From positions 16,864,001-16,928,000 of the forward strand of contig OZ316775.1 of assembly GCA_973851085.1 (NCBI GenBank): a stretch of DNA of 64,000 bases. The letters are read 5' to 3'. The DNA comes from Ptychomitrium polyphyllum. Its lineage: Eukaryota. The translations under genes and the position numbers were made by a program. This document shows, piece by piece, positions 53,701-64,000 of this stretch. Positions within the stretch are counted from its first letter, which is position 1. Each line of letters starts with the position of its first letter. The notes under the pieces were generated by a model that saw only the letters and a program-made list of their open reading frames with translations, ran no database searches and was not told the origin of the DNA.

Positions 53701-55661
53701 TTTTATTATGTTTTGTTCCTTCCTCGTACGGAAAGTTGATTCAAAAGCACAAAGTCAAAACAAAAATGTCAAATGGATGAATCCAACTTCTTTGTAAATG
53801 ATCAATTTTGGTATTTGTATTTTGTATTTTTCTTAGTTATTTGAGAGGCACATCTCTATAAAATGGCATTGAAAAATCAATCAATAATTAATTATATATT
53901 CTATAAATATAATGATTATTAATTATAATAAAAAAAATTCTAAGTAGGAAAACACATGATTAATTTTTGGCAATAAAGTTCATATAATATGTAACTTTAA
54001 CATACCTCCTTTGTCACAAAAATGAAAACATTTTATGAAAACAACATACCATCATCCAAAAATATCACCAAAGAAACATAATGGATTATGGATTCAATAT
54101 GTTATAAAATTATTATTTTATGGTTAAACAAAAGTTTTTCCTACAAAGAATTGATTCATTTTTTTATTGAAATAGAATACAAAATAATTAGCTTTATAAT
54201 CAATCAAAGATGTCTAATTATCCAATCTTTGTCATTTAGCAAAATCTTATATCCTTTTCCTTCATCACATCCACATTGTTCAATAGTAAGCAATGAAACC
54301 ACTAGGGTGCTTTTGATGCTCAAGTCCAATATAATTAGCAAAAATTTTAGAACTTAATTTTTTTGAAATATGGCATGAAGCTCTTTGATCAAAGAACTTA
54401 AATATCTTTGTTTATGGCCTTTATGGTTGAATGTACACATGCTTAATGCAAAGATATTTACTCTTTTGATGTATTGCTTGAATAAAATGTATCACTCACA
54501 AACCATAAATTCATGATTCTACTTCAATTTTTGCCTACATTGTTAAAAATAGTATTGGACTGTTGGATTAGGCGCACTGATCTCTCTCCACAGTACTCGG
54601 TGCTATGATGACATCACAACCTTAGGGTGCGCCACTTACACTTTAGCACTATCAGTTAGGTACATATCTTCTCACAAATTCGTTTGAACAACAGGAAGTT
54701 TTAGCCATTTCAGATTATTCTGCAAGTCAGGGCGATGGTGGTAAAGAGTCTGGACTACATCCTCTGCAGAATGATAAACCTGGAAACAAAGAGATAAGCT
54801 ACTTCAAATCCGAATTCCTGTTTTGTCAAAAATCCAAGTCTTGAATACTTTACCTTTGACCCCAGCCATCGTATTCAGTATTGCTAGATGTATTGTCGAT
54901 TAATAATGTCAATGCTATACCGTAAGCAAGGACTCGAGGAGAGGGAAGTATTAATTTCAAGAAAAATTCAACTCTCAGATAATCTAAGAGGTATCCTCTT
55001 ACTGCACACCAAAACTTAGATATATAAATCTGAGAAGGTCCAATCAGGGATGGGTAAGGACTACTTTGGGAGAAACAAGGAGGATTAATAAAACGACAGA
55101 TTCGCATCCAAAGTACAAGAGTCTAGAGTCTTGTCAACTATGAGCTAGCCCAAAACCACAGCTGCAAATTAGAGCCAGGCATTCAGTCTCTATTTCTACT
55201 AAATCATGGTTGGTCAATACACATGGTACAGCTCTGCTAATTGGTCTAATGCTCCTACTCTGCTTGGAGAATCAAAATGGGGAAGCTGAAACAAATAAGG
55301 AGTCACGTTATCAATGGTGGATAGATGACATAATAATATACTCGCTTTGTATCGATGGCTGCTGCACAAGGCCGACTAATAATAATAATATCAATAATAA
55401 TAATTGGTCTTCTAGTTCCTCGAAAAAAGCTTACTTACAAGATTGAGGAAGTTGATCGTATGGCGAAGCCTACAATGAATTAATCATCAAGAGATTGTAG
55501 CTTGGAAAAAGTGGGTCCACCGATGCAGTAAAGGGAAAAAAAGAGATCGATCGTCCCAACATCGTCCCAATATGAGTATCTGCCGAGTTCATCAACACAA
55601 CAATATGTAGAGCTAGAGTTGATAAATATGTAAATCCTTTTCTTAACCGTTTCAAAAACCC

Positions 55662-58600
55662 TCACTGGGAACCTCCAGAGACTTCTTCATCGGCTTCTTC
55701 TTCATCAGCATCCTCCTCGTCCTCGCAGGAATCCATTCCCACAGCGGCATGGCCATTGCCAAAGGCTCGAATGTGATCCTTGAGGGAGCGTTTGTGTTTG
55801 AAGTCTGAACCACAGATGCAGAACCAGAGCTTCCCGCAGTTCTTCTCATGGGTGCGCCAATCGCCTCGCACTGCGAACGCCTTGTTGCACTTGCGACACT
55901 GAAAGGGCTTGATGCCGTGCTTGCGCTTGTAGTGGGTCTGCAGGGTGCGGAAGTCCTTGAGAGGCTTGGAGCGAGGGTGGTCGATATTGTTGCGGCACCC
56001 TGGTGCGCAGCAGTAGCAGGGGAGGCGAAGCATGGAGGTGGGCTGCGTACCACGGAGCGATTCGGGGCCCTTTCGATATTGCGATCCGTGGCCCCACATG
56101 TGCATCTGCCAACAGATAACCCCATGTCAATGTCACGAACAATTAAGTAGTACCGAAACAAATTCTGTGAACGTCCTTTCTACTGTTCCCATCTTCACAA
56201 AGAGTCCAGACAGTTTTACAACGTCCAATTCGCAAAATATCCATGAGTATTACTTAGGTATCAGGCCAGTATCATCTCAGTATTACAAAGATATCAACCT
56301 GAAAAGTGGGCATAGTCAAGTCCCCCAGATTTCTTTGCTTGATAATGCAATATTACAAGTCACTTATATCACACTATGTTGAGAGGAATTACGTAAAACA
56401 AAGAGAGGATCAGTAATTAGATGAGAGCTTTTGCATCGAGTTGTATTTGTTAGGCACCTCACATTCTTCAATAAAACAGTAGCAATCTTCTCAAAAGGAA
56501 GTCGGCACTAAGACTTCCATGACTGCTTTGGCTACCGCTCGACTTGCCTAAAGTCAGATTCTAATTAACTAAGTCATAAATCTATCAATAAAGTACCAGA
56601 TCATTCTTTCATGACTGCTAAGGTGGTGAAGCGTCTGTAAAGTTTGGATTCTCATATATCAAAAAATATAACTACAACATAAGGTGGTGAAGTGGCAAGG
56701 AGGTTTGTCTTTCAGCAAATTTGATCTTACTTCACCGAAATCTCATTTCAGTAACATCTCATTTCACTGAAACTCACTTCACTGAAATCTTATCTCACTG
56801 ACATCTTATTTCAAGAAAATTGAAGGAGCCTACTCCAACAATACAAGTGTATCTCTTTTACCAAAGAGCCAATAAACAAAACAACATGCAAACAAGTCTG
56901 CACACGCTTAGGGCTAGACTAAATGTCATTGTGCATCAAATATCTACCCAGACAAAATCATCATTTCAGTGTACCTCTTAAGAACGATACAGTAGCCCGC
57001 GCCCACCCCCCACCCAATTGCCTTGCTTGAACGATTACTCTCTTGCAAGGTTATGTTTCGTTTGTGTCAAAAATAATGATAGAGTAGTGCTAAAGATGGT
57101 TGTCCCTACGCAAACAGGTCTGGTTCTTCTTTTGGAAAGCGTAGCTCTGTAGCTATTAAACGCAAGCATAAAATACAAACCCAAGAGCCAAGAAAGCAGA
57201 GCTGTAATGGTCCAAAGAGGGAAGAAAAATGAAAAGCAATCGAGGACATTATATAGAAGAGAACAGTTCCAGTTCTCTGCCTCGTTCTCTGCAAATAAGT
57301 CAATTAGACTAATATTTGGACACCAACTAATGATGCCTCCAATGAACTGAATAGTTCGATTGTCTTACTATCTGTATCAAACCCCTAGAACCGAAACATA
57401 AAACTTCAAATAGCAAGTCATTGATCTGTTTTCAGATTATGCCACGTGGAGGCAGATATTAGAAACGGAAATCCGTCTACAGTTCGAGAACCATAATGCT
57501 ACTGTAGAATTATGATACAAGTATAATTATGGTTATGACACTTGTAGTAGTAAGCGCCTGTTGTATCATACACTGTAGAGCGGACTTAACGGCCATGCGT
57601 GAAACTAAGTCACTGCAGTGCACGCTTTTCGAACAACAACAAAGCAAAACGCCGTAATCAGCTTATAGCGTTCATCGATTGCAGAGAAAGTTGAATATAT
57701 TAGTTGACCTAAGCCATTGTAAGCGTACGAAGTCGCTAATCTTGCCGCTTGAACTACGGTCCTTAGACACTACAACAACGTCGTGGAGCGTTAATGTGCA
57801 TCCACTCATGACTCACACTGAAGGATCTACGCGAGGCCTGACCACTACCACCACATTAATGGACTCTAGACAAGTTGTCTAGATTACACGACGAAGAATG
57901 ACACCAACTATTAGTGACAATCTAAAGTAGGAGTGTTAAATAACACCGACTCAACTTCTTAATCAATTCACTAAATGCAGAAAAATCTTAATGAGAATAT
58001 GTGCAGTCAGTCCCTAATGAATACATCCTTTACCTGTAAGTACTCTAGTAATTAGTTTCATCAGGAACCTGGTTAATTTCATAGCTGGCAGATAATAAAC
58101 TCGTTGAAATCCGATCACTGAAGTAAAGATGCGAACTTTTACACGAGAAAAGTCTAAACTTTGCTGGTTATTTTGGCACCTAGGTCATTCAAACATCCTC
58201 TTATCACTAAATATTAGACGTAGGAGAACTCTATCAGAAGGCTATTACAGATCATTCGTCAATCGTGGTAAATTGTATAATTCAAAGTTAGGAAGAAAAC
58301 AGTAGGGCCAAGGACTCACCTGCATATTATTGTAGCGATTGAAAGTCTTATTGCAGACAGGGCAGGAGAATTGCGTGGGACCGACCAGGATCTGAGCAGG
58401 GGTGGGAATCCAATACTGGCCCTCAGGGAGGCGGCCCCGCACTCGTTGCAGGCGTTCTCGCTCGGCCACGCTCAGGGAGTCGTAGACACTGCGTTCGCTT
58501 TCCGTGGACCGCATGCTTGACAAGTCGTCAGAGGACGGAGGGCCAATGTGCAGGGCCACAGTCACATTTTCATCGGACTCATCGGAGGCGTGGGACGACG

Positions 58601-60438
58601 TCTCGGGCAAAAGGATGGCAGTCCGCATGACGGTATCGGCCAGGTACTCGTCGTGGCCGGTCGGGGGACTTAAGCTCAGGAATGGTAGCGGCTCGCTCGA
58701 CATAGTGGTGTTCTGCAAGTAGGCCCGCTGCTGTTGCCATTCGTACTCGTCTCTGGCTTGCTGGTAATACTGATCTTGCGATTGGTGTTGGGAGTTGCAA
58801 GCATACGTCGATTCAGGCGGATACTGCAGCTGCAGGTCCACGAAGCTCAGCAGATAGCTCCACATTCCAACACTCTTTGCAAGAGAAGATTTTGCAAGGA
58901 AGAAAAAGAGGAGGAAAATTCCAGCACATTAAATCAGTACTCATATTAAACCTCAGCTCGGAAAGCACTCTCGACAGTATTGTTCACTGAACGTGACGAC
59001 TTTTGTATTTTCAGATATTGTAAAACAAATCATTGTTTCATCTAAGGGAAACCCCAGAAGTGTCAGGAATTTGCACACAATGTCAACACGGTAGTGATTT
59101 CAAGAGTACCAACAGACACAGCTTCGGATTTGCAATTCTAGTAACTACATGAGAGAGGATTTGCTACTGAAACTCCCCTGTGAATTAATTGCAACTAACG
59201 AGCTCATTCCAGCATTGAGGAAACTGAGAGAGAACCATGGGAAATTAATTCAGTAGTGGACTACAAACAAGCTCATAGCCAGTGGTGCATGAAGGCTTGC
59301 AGCTTTCTGTCGACACAAGTCGGCGCTTTCATGGTACTGACTCACTGACGAGAGCCTTTAACACCGCATATGTAGTGTGTCTAACACAAATGACAAACTG
59401 CCAGTGTTCATAAGCGTAATGCTCACCATTACATGTCAATACAGACGACGTCAGATAAAATATCTTACACGCTTCCATGCACTATGTAGACTGCTGAATT
59501 TAAATTCAAGGCCAGATTATGATATAGAAACTCTGCTAGCTACCTTGTTACAATCGACACTCGTGTCACAAGAAAGTAACATTCGAACGTTTCTCATTGA
59601 CGTTTGAACGTCTGCAGACACTTACCCTACCAGGAAACGACTGAATGTAAGATACTTCACAGGATTTTATATGACCCATGCATAGTCAGAAGCGAGAGAC
59701 TACAAACTACCACCATGTTATTGACTTGACCGACCAGCCTGCAAGTACATATCACCTTTCTACCATCAAAGCGGAAACAGAAGCGTAGGTTTTAGAACGC
59801 ACTCAACTCAGTGCTTATCGTTACGACATTTCTACAATCCAAACGACTATAACGACTTGAAACGTCTTTTCATCTCTTACACTATCTCATGCACTTGAAT
59901 TATGAATCTTCAAGAAAAACTTCAACTTGGTGAGTTTACGCATACAAGTTACAATTAATTGTTAATTAACCATAGAATTCTATTGTTCAATTTCAAATTG
60001 AAAGAATACAGAAAAGGGACGACAATGTGGCAACCAAAAGTAATATACACTTGGACACTACTGCAGAATGGCAGAAGTAGTCAGCTGTGATTTTCCACAG
60101 ATTTCCACGACCTCCACTAAATATTAGAATCCGACACGTCCAGTCCTCACCAGCAGGCAATCACAAGAAGAGAAACTGTTACTAGAACTCACCCTGTGGA
60201 CGGAAGTTGGCGACCGAGGCGGTGCAGCAGGGAAGTAAGACTCGGAGCTACTTCCTGTAGCATGAGTACTGCCAGGTTGATACAAGCTCTCGTATGGAAT
60301 AGCGACCGGGTAATGGGAGAGCGGCTGACCAGGCTGACTGGGCTTGAGCCACTCGCAGAACGGGATGGGGTGTGCAGTGATGGCACTGAGAGAGCGTGGC
60401 ACTGCCACCGAGCTCTGAGGGTTGTACCTAGAACTCAT
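55662..60438 (-). CDS. WIP: WIP-family C2H2 zinc-finger transcription factor (NTT/TT1/WIP-like)
   Basis: Exon 58829 (or 58823)-58320 has [10 protein letters not shown] and [37 protein letters not shown] intron (58319-56106) leads to exon 56105-55662, [19 protein letters not shown]...CYCCAPGC...HYKRKH...CRKC...[25 protein letters not shown]. The putative first coding exon 60438-60193 (donor AGG|GTGAGT, phase 0) is less certain; an alternative start is ATG 58865. Confidence 0.95.
56724..56818. repeat. Intronic minisatellite, 6 x ~16 bp (consensus atctcatttcactgaa)
   Basis: Units start at 56724, 56740, 56756, 56772, 56787 and 56803. Confidence 0.8.
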
Positions 60439-63400
60439 CGCACCTGGATCGTGGTCTTGGGAGTTCTCCACCGTGTCTTCGAATTTACACAAAAGGGATG
60501 TAACTGTTGTTGGTACTCTAGCTAGTAGCTGCCTTACCTCTGGTCCATAAGGATTGTTCCTCGTCCAAACCAGAGTACTGCCTTTGCACGCTGCTGCTGC
60601 TGCTTTATTTTTTCGAGTCAAATTTAAAGCAGAGGTGAAGTTAAACCAAACCTGCCGACTTCCAAGTGATGGCGCACAGTGAATAAATCAGTGATGACTC
60701 ACTGGATGAGGTGCTCTTGAGTGTACTCAATCTTTGCAAATAAGAACAATATAAAGCAGCTCCAGCTTATTTTTAGAGATGCTGCCAGAGACCTTAATTT
60801 CTGGCTAGTGTTGCACGCATGAATCTCCGAGAAGACCAACTGTTGGAGGAGTTGAATGTGCTAAAGTGCTGCTCTATTTGATTTGAAGCTCGTCCCGCAC
60901 TCGAGACCTGCACCACTTCAGTTGTTGAGTTCTCTTCATGTGCACAGACAGGTCCAACTATCTTTTGCCAGTTGCAACCTCGTGGAGGATTCTCCCAGCT
61001 CTAGCAACCGCTGGTCTCACTGCAACATGCAACAGCAACTTCAACTCCAGGCCGTTAAGAGACATACACGAGTGGAGAATGAAGCATTGACGTCTCAGCT
61101 TCCAACCCTTGAACTCGTGCTCCTGGCCTGGCTTCCCAGATCGCCTGCTTAGCAAGGAAACAATCCCCTAGTCCTTGCAGAACTAAAGTCGTCGTAAATG
61201 ACTTAGAACCCAACTCCACTCAGCGATCTTTCACTCAGATACTTAGAGTGTAACCTGAGTACTACTCAAGATGTCTTGATCAAATTTACTTTCTGCCTTT
61301 TGGAAGGCTTTCACTAGCACTACTCTTGGGGTGAGTTTTAAACAAGCCACTGCACGTGCACAATGGTTATCTCTTGTTTCCGCACAGTGAATGGCTTTCA
61401 AGTCACCAAGCCTTGTTAGTGCTACCGTCGGTCGATTGAGCTCAGAAGCTCAGAAACAGATATAAGGAGAGGCACAGCAGTGACAAAATTCAGTGAGGTC
61501 AAACAGCAAGACTTATAGCCGATGGAGGTGTCTTTGCGCCCTCACGCACAGATCCGCCTCAACATCAACTGCTAGTTCTGCAGCCTAAGTAGGCAACCAG
61601 GATAGCACTAACAGATGCGTAACACTGTTGTCAAAATTGTGGATGAGTAGTAGCTACTCTCAATTCGGCTAAACTCAGCTGTTCTCGAACATTAAGCAAT
61701 TCTTGAAAAACCGATTAGTTCAATGGTAGTTCTCTACTGCACCTTCAAGGCAGCTAATTGTTTGTCACTATATAGCTCAATAAGTGAACCTTCAAAGGTG
61801 TAGGTTCGACCTTTTTATCTTCTCAGAAGCAGCAAATTTTCTACTACGCTAATGGAGAAGAATCGCCAATGAGTAGGAGAATATAAGATCACGAAGTAGA
61901 CAGGTGCAACTACTGCTAACTGCTCAACACAAAAAATACACAATATCTGCTTTCACCGCAAGTTGCACAGCCCCAGCAGTACTGATCGTAATGCAACGGC
62001 TCAGGTGACAGCGCAAAGGCGATCACAGAAAGTAATCCAACACCCTGTGGGATGCTGGTAACCGATTCGAGAGATCCTCACCCAGAAACTCTTCAAATTC
62101 TAATGTGGAGATCCATGAATATCTACAATTTTACACAAGTTAACAACCACTCTCACTCTCCTCCAAGTACTTGTCGATCCACTAGAGCTTTTGCTCCAAC
62201 TTAGCCTTAACTAACAATGAAGATGAAGCTCTAACGGCTGCTCACCATCGGCTCAACAATTTGCCCCGTTTGCCTTCGTCTCGTTCCACCGTCAACACTT
62301 CGATAGATCATGCAACGCGCCACTTCTTCAAGATCCACTCCTCACACAGCACCCTTCAACGGCGGCCAGCACACTCGACCTATGGCTACTCTACACTGCG
62401 CCAGTTTCAGGCAACCGGATGGCACAGGTTCATGAGCTTGTCAGCCTCCTCCTTCTTCACGCCTCGCTTTTCACCTTCGAGCTCCTCCAAGTTTAAGTTA
62501 TCAAACAAGACTAAGTAGAGATGATTTGACACGATCACTGCAGGGTCAGGCAGCCAAGCCTCCTTCGGTCTAGATCTTCGACTTCCTGCTGTGTCCTTAC
62601 GCCGTGGTGTGATGACGATGCGTTTGGTACTATGCGCCCTAGATCCTACCCCGCTTGCTCGCCGCTACTACAAAGGACCTGGAGGTGTGTTGTGGGCAGC
62701 AGTCCGATGATCCTGCGCCGCAACCAGAGCAACAACAGGCAGCTACCCTGAGATAATGGTCCATTGTACCACCATGCGTTCAAGCCACTAACTTGGGAAT
62801 AGCTGCTACTACAGTAGCCCTACGGGTGGGAGAAGAATACAGTAGTGTCCCGACAAGCAGGCCAGGCGCGGCGCCTTTGACTGTTGTAGGCTTCAAGGAA
62901 GTACTGGGCAGTGCAGCCCATTGAGCCCAACTTGGGTTGGATGGGCCCGGGTTTCTTTGTCATCATGGAGGATTCGTTCGACCAAGGATGCTTGTCCAGT
63001 GCAGCAGCAGCTTGGACGGGATCATGGCGCAACCGTGGGGGTTGCCGGCACCCCTGCCCTCTGACACGCCAGCCCCGCAGCATCATCCAGCACTCCAGCA
63101 CCAGTAACGTTGTTTCTTCATGTTGTTCTTCCTTACCATCTCCACACTCCACAACCAACACTCCTGCTTCATTCATTCATTCATCATGTATCGAGGCTCG
63201 AGGTTGTCTCTTCAGATTCTTTATCGTCGTCTCCATCACACAAAGCTGTTCATGATCCAGCTTCATTCATCGACAGGTTGCAGGTCCTCTGCTTTCTGTA
63301 TTCTGACTGGTTACTGTAGCAGTTGAAACAAAAAAATGCAAAAAAATACAGTAACTGTTGTCATGCAGCCTATGGAGTGTCATTAGCTTATGGTATTTAA

Positions 63401-64000
63401 CCCTACTTGACTAAAATAAGATTAACACTGTGTAACTCCCCACCTTGTGCTCAGATGCATGATCAAATTGACGATTAGCAGCGTAAGCTCTGGGCAGTGG
63501 GCATGATCGGATGATGCCAAAAGTCTTTTATTTGGAAAGAAATGCCTCAGATGCTTAACATTGCCCCTCCCTTCTTAGTGACAATATGGATGCATCTATT
63601 CCAAACATGATTCCCAATACATTTAACATGATTATTTATAAACATTTTGTTGAATAAACTTGAGACAAAGGAATGAAATTATAGCCAATCAAGAATGATG
63701 TGAAACATTATAAGCCATAATTCCATTAGGATTAATTTAGTTTTTTTATAAAATTGACAATCCATGTCTTTGCAAAAACATGTTCATTCTCCAATGTTCT
63801 ATTTATTAACATACATTACTTTTTTTTAAACCAAAAAAATTGTAATTTTTGAGTTAATTGATTTATGGTTAAGCAATGCTGAAATGTCAAATTGATAGTA
63901 GAAAAGAACATTAGTTCTAAGGAGGTTTGCTCATTTAGAGTTTTAAAAGTTTTCCATTTCAATGTGATTTTCTACAATCACTAAAAAAAATGAACATATA

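Noticed and set aside
61764..61815. tagctcaa ... ggttcgacc A/B-box-like pair
   Set aside because: Stems do not form a tRNA; evidence too weak even for a SINE.

Overview
Eukaryotic land-plant DNA, probably a moss such as Physcomitrium (inferred from the Tcn1-type chromoviruses and gene style, not proven). 1-22.2 kb is a nested LTR-retrotransposon island. It holds a near-complete Met-primed chromodomain Ty3/gypsy element (816-8344, TSD ATTGA) inserted into an older Tcn1-like pol, a truncated Ty1/copia, and a minus-strand Tcn1-like chromovirus (15693-21761) with an extra tandem LTR. 26.3-36.3 kb (minus) is a very AT-rich multi-exon EDM2-like gene (PHD fingers plus an NPPF methyltransferase-like domain). 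40-50 kb is decayed repeats, solo LTRs and inverted repeats. 55.7-60.4 kb (minus) is a GC-rich WIP-family C2H2 zinc-finger gene. The most notable observations are: (i) an unannotated extra ORF between chromodomain and PPT, conserved at protein level across two LTR families; (ii) a tRNA-independent self-priming signature, a candidate -1 frameshift cassette and perfect heat-shock elements in the Tcn1-like family; (iii) an apparently intact but AT-eroded EDM2-like gene with a GC splice donor. All alignments and counts were done by eye.
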